NCBI GenBank assembly: GCA_046260475.1
Contig: JBHEPC010000244.1
Location: 1-35,683, forward strand
Direction: 5' to 3'
DNA from: Candidatus Krumholzibacteriia bacterium
GTDB taxonomy: Bacteria > Krumholzibacteriota > Krumholzibacteriia > LZORAL124-64-63
Length of the DNA stretch: 35,683 nucleotides
The position numbers and the translations under genes were made by a program. Positions 16,366 through 24,167 of this stretch are shown here, piece by piece. Below the pieces are notes generated by a model. That model had not been told where the DNA came from. It was given only the letters and a program-made list of their open reading frames with translations, and did not search any database. The first letter of the stretch is position 1; the number at the start of each line of letters is the position of its first letter.

Positions 16366-16459
16366 GGACGACTCCTGGGTTGGCGGCGGTCCGGACAGCC
16401 GGCAGGTCCCGGGTATCCGCGGCGCCGGTGGTCCGGGCGCGGACGGCGGTCCGGACGGA

Positions 16460-17875
16460 TCAGGTGGCGACGGTATGCGGGGCGCCGCGGCCGGCGGCCA
16501 GGTCGCCGGTCCGCTCGGCCCGGGCCTGGGGATGCTCGGGGAAGCGCTCGACCACGCTGCGCCGCCAGCTGGCGGCGTTGTCGTGGAAGCCCATCTCCAC
16601 CATCAGGTCGCAGCCCCGGAACCAGGCCCGGTGGTTCCACTCGCTCTCGGTGACCGTGCGCAGGTACAGCTTCATGGCGCGCTTGCGATCCCCCGCGAAG
16701 CGCGAACATTCGGCCATGCCGAGCCAGGCGTAGGAGTAGGCCGGATCCAGTTCCAGGGCCTGCTCGAAGTGCCCGACGGCCTCGCCGACCTTCCCCTCCA
16801 GGAGCGCCAACTCGCCGAGGTAGCGCAGAGGATACAGGTCCCGGACCCGCCTGTCCACGCCCGCGAAGGAGACCGCGGCCTCGCCGGCGCGCAGGCGGTG
16901 CAGGTCCGCGCGCACCTGATCGAGGCGGTGGCGGACCGTGTCGGCCGGCAGGCGACCGTGGTTCCGCTGCAGGTCGCGGGTGCCGGCGGCCGCCGCCTGC
17001 AGCAGCACGGCGGGGTGGTCGGGGAAGACGTCGCGCACCTGCCCGGCCACCCGCACGGCCTCGGCACCCCGCTCCAGGGCCAGCAGCGCCGAGATGATCC
17101 GCGCCCCCAGGTCCGGCACCCAGGTCAGGCGCCGTACCTGCTCGGTCGGCAGCCGGTCCAGGCGGCACCAGGCCGTGTGCAGGTGGGCCAGGGCCTCGTC
17201 CAGGCCGGCCACCGGCAGCACCTCGTCGTCCAGCCGCACCAGCCCCTCGCAGCCCAGGCGGTAGGGGAAGTAGGCCTCTGCCGGGTGGGTCTCGACGGCC
17301 TTGCGCAGGATGCGCAGGGCCCGCTCGCGGCTGCGGGTGCGGCGGTCCGCATCGTTGCCTTCGTGGACCACCGCCAGCAGGGTGTCGTAGACGTGCAGCC
17401 CCTGGGTCCGGGCCCAGCCCTCCAGGGACGGCGCCACCTGCTCGTGGATGGGGAACTCGTAGCGCACCTGCGGATCGTTGCGGAACAGCCTGACCTGGCT
17501 GCGCCCTTCGGGCCCCGTCTCCTCGCGGGGACTGACGATGCGCAGCCGGTAGCCCGCCGCCGTGGGGTCGTGCAGCAGGCGCTGGAACTCCACCGGCCGC
17601 ACCGGCTGCAGGTACTCGTCCGCGTCCAGGACCAGCACCCAATCGCTGGCGGCCTCGGCCAGGGCGGCGTTGCGGGCCGCGGCGAAATCGTCGTCCCAGG
17701 GCAGGTCCACCACCCGGGAACCGTAGCCTTCGGCGATGATGCGGGTGTTGTCCTTGGAACCGGTGTCGACGACGATGACCTCGTCGACCAGCGCAAGCAC
17801 GGATTTGAGGGCCGTACCGATGCGGGCCTCTTCATCGCGGGCGATCAGGCACAGGCTGACGGTCTGGCGCTTCAT
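16460..17875 (-). CDS. Family 2 glycosyltransferase fused to a TPR-like C-terminal domain
   Basis: N-terminal VSLCLIARDEEARIGTALKSVLALVDEVIVVDTGSKDNT...VLVLDADEY (GT2 DxD). C-terminal TPR-like GKVGEAVGHFEQALELDPAYSYAWLGMAECS. Confidence 0.85.
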   Translation of the reverse strand: MKRQTVSLCLIARDEEARIGTALKSVLALVDEVIVVDTGSKDNTRIIAEGYGSRVVDLPWDDDFAAARNAALAEAASDWVLVLDADEYLQPVRPVEFQRLLHDPTAAGYRLRIVSPREETGPEGRSQVRLFRNDPQVRYEFPIHEQVAPSLEGWARTQGLHVYDTLLAVVHEGNDADRRTRSRERALRILRKAVETHPAEAYFPYRLGCEGLVRLDDEVLPVAGLDEALAHLHTAWCRLDRLPTEQVRRLTWVPDLGARIISALLALERGAEAVRVAGQVRDVFPDHPAVLLQAAAAGTRDLQRNHGRLPADTVRHRLDQVRADLHRLRAGEAAVSFAGVDRRVRDLYPLRYLGELALLEGKVGEAVGHFEQALELDPAYSYAWLGMAECSRFAGDRKRAMKLYLRTVTESEWNHRAWFRGCDLMVEMGFHDNAASWRRSVVERFPEHPQARAERTGDLAAGRGAPHTVAT

Positions 17876-17989
17876 GGATGGGGCGGTGTCCTCGGGTGCG
17901 GGTGATGGTCGTACGGGGGAGGTATCGGCGGGGAGGGGGGGTGGTTTACCCTAACTTCGGCCCCGGTTACGTGTTGCATTCCTCCGCTT

Positions 17990-18109
17990 GTGCCGCGAAA
18001 ATTGTGTCTGCGCCCAAAGTGGCCTCCAGCACAGGACATGGAGTCAATTTGTCGGATCCAGAATCAAAAAATGACCCCCTCCGGCGCCCGGACACAATTT
18101 TCGCGGCAC
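17990..18109. repeat. Perfect 19-bp inverted repeat (17990-18008 / 18091-18109) with 82-nt AT-richer spacer
   Basis: GTGCCGCGAAAATTGTGTC at 17990-18008 and its exact reverse complement GACACAATTTTCGCGGCAC at 18091-18109. The spacer contains the candidate SD and start codons of the SpoU-like gene. Confidence 0.9.
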
Positions 18110-18582
18110 CGCCGAAGGTATACGCGCTGTTGGACAATGTGCGCAGCGTCTGGAACGTCGGCTCCATGTTCCGCACCGCCGATGCGGCCGGCCTCGCCGG
18201 GCTGTATCTTGCGGGCATGACCGCCACACCCCCGCGGCCGGACATGGAGAAGACCGCCCTGGGCGCCACCCGCACCGTGCCCTGGGACTACTGGGCCGAC
18301 CCCGCGGCGGCGGTGCGGCGCCTGCAGGCGGACGGGGTGCAGGTGGTTGCGGTGGAGCAGGCGCCCGGGGCGGCGGACTGGCGGTCGTTCGCCTGGAGCT
18401 ACCCCCTGTGCTTCGTCGTGGGGCACGAGGTGCGCGGGGTGGGATCATCAGTGCTGGACCTGGCCGACGCCGTGGTGGAGATTCCCATGGCAGGTGCCAA
18501 GACCTCCCTGAACGTGGCGGTCAGCTTCGGGCTGATCGCGTTCGAGATCCGGCGGCACTGGCTGCAGGAAGGACGACCATGA
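18049..18582 (+). CDS. SpoU/TrmH-family RNA 2'-O-methyltransferase (small, about 177 aa)
   Basis: Motifs LDNVRSVWNVGSMFRTADAAG, CFVVGHEVRGV, EIPMAGAKTSLNVAVSFGLIAFEI. The start is uncertain: TTG 18049 (5 nt after GGAG 18040-18043) or GTG 18019. The 234-aa track ORF start overlaps the divergent gene and looks non-coding. Confidence 0.75.
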   Translation: MSDPESKNDPLRRPDTIFAAPPKVYALLDNVRSVWNVGSMFRTADAAGLAGLYLAGMTATPPRPDMEKTALGATRTVPWDYWADPAAAVRRLQADGVQVVAVEQAPGAADWRSFAWSYPLCFVVGHEVRGVGSSVLDLADAVVEIPMAGAKTSLNVAVSFGLIAFEIRRHWLQEGRP

Positions 18583-18595
18583 GCCGGAGCCCCCG

Positions 18596-19201
18596 ATGAC
18601 CTGGCGCTCGCCCTGGCAGTCCCGGGCCTACGTGGCGGGCGTGGCCGGCGTGCGCCGGATCCTGCGGTCGCGGCCCCGCTGGGAGCAGCGCTTCGTCGAG
18701 TCCCTGGTCGGGGCCCAGAACCGACGGGTCCACCGTCACCTGCGGGGGCGGCCGGCGGGCACCGTGCTGCTGATCCTGCCCCGCTGCGTGAAGATGACCG
18801 GGTGCTGCGCCGACGTGAAGGCCGACCTGGCGCTGTGCCGCGAGTGCGCCGACTGCCAGCTGGGCGGCATCGCCCGGCTGTGCGACCGCTACGGGGTGCG
18901 CGCCCTGGTGGCGTTCCGCAGCCACGTGGCGTTCGCCATGGCCCGGGCCGAGCGGCCCGACCTGATCATCGCCACCGCCTGCCACGATCGTCTGATCAAG
19001 GCCCTGCGCAGCGTGCCCGAGTTCCCCGCCCTTTTGGCCCCCCTGGCCGGCATGGAGCGCATGTGCGTGAACGCCGGCATCGACCTGGCGTGGTTCGAGG
19101 CGCAGCTGGCGGCGGTCACCGCAGCCGTACCGGAGGCCGCCCAACCGGACGCCGCGCCCGCGGCCGCACGGGTGGCGGGCACCGCCACGGCCGGCCCATG
19201 A
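18596..19201 (+). CDS. DUF116-family cysteine-rich protein
   Basis: ATG 18596, 6 nt after GGAG. Translation LLILPRCVKMTGCCADVKADLALCRECADCQLGGIARL...IIATACHDRLIKAL...MCVNAGIDL matches the conserved Cys pattern of DUF116 (LLLPHC..C..C..C / VAC / C.NT). Confidence 0.75.
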   Translation: MTWRSPWQSRAYVAGVAGVRRILRSRPRWEQRFVESLVGAQNRRVHRHLRGRPAGTVLLILPRCVKMTGCCADVKADLALCRECADCQLGGIARLCDRYGVRALVAFRSHVAFAMARAERPDLIIATACHDRLIKALRSVPEFPALLAPLAGMERMCVNAGIDLAWFEAQLAAVTAAVPEAAQPDAAPAAARVAGTATAGP

Positions 19202-20109
19202 CCCCTGCCACCCCTGGCCCGGCGGCGGCCTGGCGTGACGCCCTGGTCCTGATGCGGCCGCGGCAGTGGCCCATCCTGACGGCCCAGCTGCTGGTCGGGG
19301 TGCTGCTGGCCCAGCCGGACCGGGCGCAACTGGGCGCGCTGCTCGCCCCGGACGCCCTGCTGACCTTGGGCGCCGCCTGGCTGGCCTGGGTGGTGCTGCT
19401 GAACGGGGGGACCCTGGCCTACAACAGCGCCTGGGACCGGGACACCGGACCCGTGGCCTACCTGGCGCAGCCGCCGCGGCCGCCGGCGGGGCTGGCCGAG
19501 GCGGCCCTCGGCGCCATGGCCGCCGGGGCCCTGCTGGGGGCGGCGGCGGTGGGCACGCGCTTCGGCCACGTGACCGCGGCCTGCGTGGCCCTGTCGGTGC
19601 TCTACTCCCACCCCGCACCCCGGCTGAAGTCCCGGCCGGGCCTGGACCTGCTGGTGAACATGGTGGGCTACGGGGCGGGCACCACCCTGGCGGGGCTGCT
19701 TGCGGGCAGGGCGGCCACGGGGCAGGTCCCGGGGCCGAACGATCCCTGGCTGGTGGCGGGGTTCGCCCTGCTGTTCGGCTCCCTGTATCCCCTGACGCAG
19801 ATCTATCAGGCGACCGCCGACGCGGCGCGGGGCGACCGCACCCTGACCACCGCCCTGGGCGTGCGTCCGGCGCTGGCGTTGGCGCTGGTGCTGGGGGTGC
19901 TGGCGTCCGGCGCGCTGCTGCGGACGGCGCCCTCGGGGCCGGGTTCCGCCCTGGTGGGCGGCGCCTGCGGCCTGTGGCTCGTGCACCTGGGGCAGTGGCT
20001 GGCGCGGGCCGGCCGGCTGGACGACGCGGCCCACGAGCGGGGCATGTACGTGGCGCTGGGCCTGTGGGCGCTCGTGGACGTGGCGCTGGTGGCGGCGCGG
20101 TTCCTCTAG
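19198..20109 (+). CDS. UbiA-family integral membrane prenyltransferase-like protein (303 aa)
   Basis: ATG 19198 overlaps the DUF116 stop (ATGA). About 8-9 hydrophobic helices. Variant Asp-rich motifs LAYNSAWDRDTG and YQATADAARGDRTLTTALG sit at the expected positions. This is only the C-terminal 303 aa of the 435-aa track ORF. Confidence 0.75.
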   Translation: MTPATPGPAAAWRDALVLMRPRQWPILTAQLLVGVLLAQPDRAQLGALLAPDALLTLGAAWLAWVVLLNGGTLAYNSAWDRDTGPVAYLAQPPRPPAGLAEAALGAMAAGALLGAAAVGTRFGHVTAACVALSVLYSHPAPRLKSRPGLDLLVNMVGYGAGTTLAGLLAGRAATGQVPGPNDPWLVAGFALLFGSLYPLTQIYQATADAARGDRTLTTALGVRPALALALVLGVLASGALLRTAPSGPGSALVGGACGLWLVHLGQWLARAGRLDDAAHERGMYVALGLWALVDVALVAARFL

Positions 20110-20114
20110 CGGGC

Positions 20115-20162
20115 GGCCGGGCCGACGGCCGGGCCGGCGGCCGAGCCGGCGGGCGGGCGGGC
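20115..20162. repeat. Four imperfect tandem copies of a 12-nt GC-rich unit
   Basis: GGCCGGGCCGAC / GGCCGGGCCGGC / GGCCGAGCCGGC / GGGCGGGCGGGC fill most of the 58-nt gap between the convergent ubiA-like and add stops. Confidence 0.8.
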
Positions 20163-20167
20163 AGCCG

Positions 20168-21271
20168 TCAGACGTGCAGGCGCCGGCGGCGGGAGATCTC
20201 CCCCGAGAAGGCGGTCCCCAGGGCCGCGAATTCCCCCAGCAGCCGGTCGATGAGCTCGACCTTGGTCTTCAGGGGCAGGAAGGCCGCCTTGAACCCGTTC
20301 ATGACCAGCGCCAGCACCTCGTCCTCGCTCAGGCCGTAGTTCTCCACCGCCAGCCGGTACTCGTTGGTGACCGTGGTCCCGGAGACCAGGCGGTTGTCGG
20401 TGTTCAGGGTGACCCGCAGGCCCTCCTGCATGAAGCGGCGGATGGGGTGGCTGGCGAAGTCGGGGATGGCCTTGGTCTGCAGGTTGCTGGCCAGGCAGAC
20501 CTCGACGGCGATGCGGCGGTCGTTGACCCAGGCCATCAGGTCCGGGTCCTCGGCCAGGTGGGTGCCGTGGCCGATGCGGTGGGCCCGGCAGTAGTGGACG
20601 GCCTGGTGGATCGACGGCGCGCCGAAGGCCTCGCCGGCGTGGACGGTGACGTTGACGTTCCCGTCGAGTACCCGCTGGAAGGCCTCCAGGTGGTCCTTGG
20701 CCGGGAAGTCCTTCTCGGCCCCTGCCAGGTCGAAGGCGACGACGCCGCGGCCCTTCCAGCGCACCGCCAGGTCGGCCAGTTCGAGGCTGGACGGGCCCGG
20801 GATGTGGCGGATCCCGCAGATGATCTGGCCGGTGCGGATGCCGTAGCGGCGGTAGGCCCGGTCCAGGCCCCTCTGCACGGCGGCGACGACCTCGTCGTAG
20901 GCCAGGCCGCGCTCCCGGTGCAGCAGGGGCGAGTAGCGCACCTCCATGTACCGCACGTTCTCGAGGTGGGCGTCCTCGGCCAGTTCGAAGGCGATGCGGG
21001 TCAGGCTGTCGGCGTCCTGCATCAGCTTCAGGGTGATGTCGAAGACCCGCAGGTAGTCCACCAGGCTCTGGCAGTCGTCCGGCACGCGGCACACCGCCAG
21101 GACGTCGGCCTCGCTGGCGAAGCTGTAGCCGGTGTCCACGTGCCGGGCCAGTTCCAGGACCGTCGCCGGCCGCAGGGAGCCGTCCAGGTGCACGTGCAGG
21201 TCGGTCTTCGGCAAGGCGTGCAGGAAGTCGACCGAAGGACGGCGGACGGCGGGATTCGTACTCTGACCCAT
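20168..21271 (-). CDS. add: Adenosine deaminase
   Basis: ATG 21271. Translation LPKTDLHVHLDGSLRP...VRYMEVRYSP...VAFDLAGAE...TVHAGE...RIGHG...VCLASN...TLNTDN carries the full set of ADA metal and catalytic motifs. Confidence 0.92.
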   Translation of the reverse strand: MGQSTNPAVRRPSVDFLHALPKTDLHVHLDGSLRPATVLELARHVDTGYSFASEADVLAVCRVPDDCQSLVDYLRVFDITLKLMQDADSLTRIAFELAEDAHLENVRYMEVRYSPLLHRERGLAYDEVVAAVQRGLDRAYRRYGIRTGQIICGIRHIPGPSSLELADLAVRWKGRGVVAFDLAGAEKDFPAKDHLEAFQRVLDGNVNVTVHAGEAFGAPSIHQAVHYCRAHRIGHGTHLAEDPDLMAWVNDRRIAVEVCLASNLQTKAIPDFASHPIRRFMQEGLRVTLNTDNRLVSGTTVTNEYRLAVENYGLSEDEVLALVMNGFKAAFLPLKTKVELIDRLLGEFAALGTAFSGEISRRRRLHV

Positions 21272-21496
21272 GGGCTCGCCCCCCGGTACGGCGGTCCTGC
21301 GGGGCCGCAGGCCGCCGGTGGATAAAAAGTATCGATGCGGGCGAAGCGTCCCTCCAGCGTCCGGGGTGCGACTCGTTACCCAGGGGCCTTCGGATCGGCT
21401 TCGAATTCCCCGCAGGCAACTAGCCAAGTCACCTGCGGAAACCCGCATCGAATACATGGTCCCGACCGCATCGCAGCGGAATCGCGACCGCTAATC

Positions 21497-21526
21497 ATTA
21501 TACTGATGGGAACGGCCGCAGCGCAA
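21497..21526 (-). promoter_or_regulatory. Candidate promoter for add (would give a leader of about 220 nt)
   Basis: Minus strand: TTGCGC (reverse complement of 21521-21526), 18-nt spacer, perfect TATAAT (reverse complement of 21497-21502). Confidence 0.3.
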
Positions 21527-21580
21527 GTAGGGAGTTGCAGATTCCCGGACCGGGCCGAACCCGCTGCAGCGAACGGAGAT

Positions 21581-21609
21581 TGGACAAGCCCCGGGCCAGC
21601 CTGTATATT
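21581..21609 (+). promoter_or_regulatory. Candidate sigma70 promoter for the outer-membrane protein gene
   Basis: TGGACA (21581-21586), 17-nt spacer, TATATT (21604-21609), about 40-55 nt upstream of the start codons. Confidence 0.4.
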
Positions 21610-21648
21610 CTCCGATACCAACCCCAGACCGCGATTCGGGAGTCTTTC

Positions 21649-22722
21649 ATGAGGAGAATGGCAATGCCGCAGGGAATCGGTCCCAGGGTCAGGTCCGTCC
21701 TCTTGGCCGCCGCCGTATTGGCGATGCTGCTGCCCCTGGCCGCGACGGCCGCCAACAGCCCCGACGGCACCTGGGTCGGCAGGATGAAGACCGCGGACGG
21801 CGAGGAGTTCGACATCACCCTCGTCCTGGACGGCATGGGCGCCAGATGGACGGGCACGCTCTCGGACCCTTACATGGGCGAGGTCGAACTGCAGGACCTC
21901 ACGGTCACGGCCACGCGCATCAGCTTCACCTTCCGGCCGGCCAACGTCCCCTACCCCGCCAACTTCTCCGGCAGCTACCTGGCGGCCGGGGACCGCATCA
22001 CCGGCACCTTCTCCATGCGCGGCTCCAGCCGCTTCGTGAAGTTCGAGCGCTCCCAGGAGAGCCTGTCGGCCGGGCCCGCGGTCATCGACGAGCCCGCCGC
22101 GCCGGTGCGAGTGCGCCACGACTACCGCTTCGCCCTGACCGGCCGCATCAGCCGCTGGACGGCGCTGCACGTGGTCAAGGACGAGAACTACATCATCAAC
22201 AACCTCACCGAGGGCACCTTCAACTTCGACGGCGCCTTCAAGTGGTCGGTGAAGGACGAGTTCACCGTCTACGCCCGCTACTACCGCGGCGGCATGGCCA
22301 TCACCGACAACGAGAGCAAGCTGGCCGCGTACGAGGAGTCCGGACTGAACGCCGACTCGCACCTGGCCCTGGACGGCTGGGAGATCGGCATGACCGGCTA
22401 CCTGGGCGACGTCATGATGAGCACCAGCCGCTTCAACCCCTACGTGACCGCCGCCATGGGCATGGTCAGCTGGGAGCTGGGCGAGTCCGGCCGGGGCAGC
22501 GACGTCGTGGTGCTGGAGCGCAGCCCCCTGGAAGGCAGCGACCCGGCGGTGGTGTTCGGCCTGGGCACCGAGTACGAGCTCTCCCCCCGCGCCGCCCTGG
22601 AACTGGAGCTGGCCTGGCGCTACTTCATGACCGAGGACGAGGAGCTGTGGCCGGATCCGGACAACACCTGGTCCAACACCCACACCTGGGGCCTGTCCCT
22701 GGGCTTGACCTGGGGCTTCTGA
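21649..22722 (+). CDS. Outer-membrane beta-barrel protein with signal peptide and N-terminal soluble domain
   Basis: Signal peptide (VRSVLLAAAVLAMLLPLAATAANS). C-terminal half has alternating amphipathic strands and ends ...WGLSLGLTWGF (aromatic terminal residue typical of OMPs). In-frame starts at 21649, 21658 and 21664; 21664 lies 7 nt after GGAG and may be the true start. Confidence 0.75.
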   Translation: MRRMAMPQGIGPRVRSVLLAAAVLAMLLPLAATAANSPDGTWVGRMKTADGEEFDITLVLDGMGARWTGTLSDPYMGEVELQDLTVTATRISFTFRPANVPYPANFSGSYLAAGDRITGTFSMRGSSRFVKFERSQESLSAGPAVIDEPAAPVRVRHDYRFALTGRISRWTALHVVKDENYIINNLTEGTFNFDGAFKWSVKDEFTVYARYYRGGMAITDNESKLAAYEESGLNADSHLALDGWEIGMTGYLGDVMMSTSRFNPYVTAAMGMVSWELGESGRGSDVVVLERSPLEGSDPAVVFGLGTEYELSPRAALELELAWRYFMTEDEELWPDPDNTWSNTHTWGLSLGLTWGF

Positions 22723-22769
22723 GGATCGGGCGCCCGGTCGCCGGGCCGCGCGGACCGCGACGGACACGA

Positions 22770-22800
22770 GAAGGCCGGCTCTTCCGGGGAGCCGGCCTTC
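22770..22800. terminator. Strong hairpin between convergent OMP gene and ahcY
   Basis: GAAGGCCGGCTC (22770-22781) pairs perfectly with GAGCCGGCCTTC (22789-22800), 7-nt loop. Only weak U-rich tails on either strand. Confidence 0.5.
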
Positions 22801-22827
22801 GGTGTCCGGGGGTGGTGGCGCCGCCGG

Positions 22828-24105
22828 CTACGTTCCGGCCGCGTAGTCGTTCAGGTAGGCCAGCTGCTCGGGTGTCAGCACGTCCAGGCCCGAGCCCATG
22901 GTCTGCAGCTTGATGCCGGCGATGTGCTGGTCCTGCGTCTCGGGGATGTCGTGGACCGCGGCCTGCAGTTCCGGGCCCTCGGCGGCCAGGCGCACCATGG
23001 ACAGGAACTGGTTGGCGAAGCTCATGTCCATGACCTCGCTGGGATGGCCCTCGGCCGCGGCCAGGTTCACCAGGCGGCCCTGGGCCAGCACGTAGATGCG
23101 GCGGCCGTCGGCCAGGGTGTACTCCTCGCAGTTGGCCCGCACGGTGCGCTTGGCGCTGGCCATGGCCTCCAGGTCGTCCAGGTTGATCTCGCAGTCGTAG
23201 TGGCCGGTGTTGCAGACGATCGCCCCGTCCTTCATGACCTCGAAGTGGCGGCCCACGATGACGTCCTTCATGCCGGTGGCGGTGATGAAGACGTCGCCGA
23301 CCCGCGCAGCCTCGTCCATCGGCATGACCCGGTGGCCGTTGAGGATGGCCTTGAGCGCCGCGGTGGCCTTGATCTCGGTGGCGATGACGCTGGCGCCCAT
23401 GCCCGCGGCGCGCATGGCGCAGCCGGCGCCGCAGTGGCCGTAGCCGGCGACCACGAAGTTCTTGCCCGCGAGCAGGACCGAGGTCGCGCGCAGGATGCCG
23501 TCGATGCTGGACTGGCCGGTGCCGAAGACGTTGTCGAAGTCCCACTTGGTCTCGGCGTCGTTGACCGCGACGACCGGGTACTTCAGGGCGCCGTCGGCGG
23601 CCATAGCGCGCAGGCGGTGCACGCCGGTGGTCGTCTCCTCGGTGCCGCCGATGATGGTCGCGGCCAGCTCCGGGTGGCGGTTGTGGACCGAGAAGATGAG
23701 GTCGGCGCCGTCATCGAGGGTCAGCGTCGGCTTGAACTCGAGGGTCTTGTCGATGCACCAGTAGAACTCCTCGGTGTTCATGCCGTGCCAGGCGTAGATG
23801 GAGATGCCGGCAGCGGCCAGGGCCGCGGCCACGTCGTCCTGGGTGCTCAGGGGGTTGCAGCCGGACCAGCTGATCTCCGCGCCGGCGGCCTTCAGGGTCT
23901 CGATCAGGACGGCCGTCTCCTTGGTCACATGCAGGCAGCCCGCGATGCGCATGCCCTTGAGGCTCAGCCGGGCCGCGTGCTCCTCGCGCAGGGCCATCAG
24001 CACCGGCATGCGGCTCTCGGCCCAATCGATCCTCATCCGGCCCTTGGCCGCCAGGTCCAGGTCGCGGACCTTGTAGTCCGCGCCGGTGCTGTATTTCTCG
24101 CTCAT
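22828..24105 (-). CDS. ahcY: Adenosylhomocysteinase (SAH hydrolase)
   Basis: ATG 24105, 8 nt after AGGAG. Translation YKVRDLDLAAKGRMRIDWAESRMPVLM...GCLHVTKETAVLIETL...SGCNPLSTQDDVAAAL...GGTEETTTGVHRL...VVAGYGHCGAGCA...GHYDCEI. This is the C-terminal 425 aa of the 805-aa track ORF. Confidence 0.96.
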   Translation of the reverse strand: MSEKYSTGADYKVRDLDLAAKGRMRIDWAESRMPVLMALREEHAARLSLKGMRIAGCLHVTKETAVLIETLKAAGAEISWSGCNPLSTQDDVAAALAAAGISIYAWHGMNTEEFYWCIDKTLEFKPTLTLDDGADLIFSVHNRHPELAATIIGGTEETTTGVHRLRAMAADGALKYPVVAVNDAETKWDFDNVFGTGQSSIDGILRATSVLLAGKNFVVAGYGHCGAGCAMRAAGMGASVIATEIKATAALKAILNGHRVMPMDEAARVGDVFITATGMKDVIVGRHFEVMKDGAIVCNTGHYDCEINLDDLEAMASAKRTVRANCEEYTLADGRRIYVLAQGRLVNLAAAEGHPSEVMDMSFANQFLSMVRLAAEGPELQAAVHDIPETQDQHIAGIKLQTMGSGLDVLTPEQLAYLNDYAAGT

Positions 24106-24167
24106 CGTCGTGTCTCCTCGCTCGGGTTTCCGGTTGCGTCGGTCGTCGTTCGGTCGTGTCATCGCTA

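Noticed and set aside
17990-18109. Interpretation of the 19-bp inverted repeat as MITE termini
   Set aside because: No target-site duplication flanks the arms (CGCTT versus CGCCG). The right arm lies in frame within the gene's N-terminal tail, and I saw no second copy in this window. A regulatory role seems at least as likely, so it is not called a mobile element.
8932-20109. Functional link between the LpdD-like protein and the UbiA-like prenyltransferase (prenyl-FMN metabolism)
   Set aside because: The genes are 10 kb apart and on different strands. No UbiX or UbiD homologue is in the window, and prenyl-FMN synthesis uses UbiX, not UbiA-family enzymes.
20115-20162. CRISPR-like or coding repeat
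   Set aside because: The units are 12 nt, contiguous with no spacers, and lie outside any supported ORF. This is a simple GC-rich microsatellite.
21272-21496. Purine (adenine/guanine) or ZTP riboswitch upstream of add
   Set aside because: The conserved junction sequences of the purine aptamer (UAUAAU..., GUUUCUACC, CCGACUA) and the ZTP pseudoknot motif (CCGCCUGGGC-like) are absent. I kept it only as an unclassified structured leader.
24106-24167. Possible SAH riboswitch in front of ahcY
   Set aside because: The spacer is only 62 nt. I could not find the conserved SAH-riboswitch core or a pseudoknot-compatible helix set. It contains essentially just an AGGAG SD.
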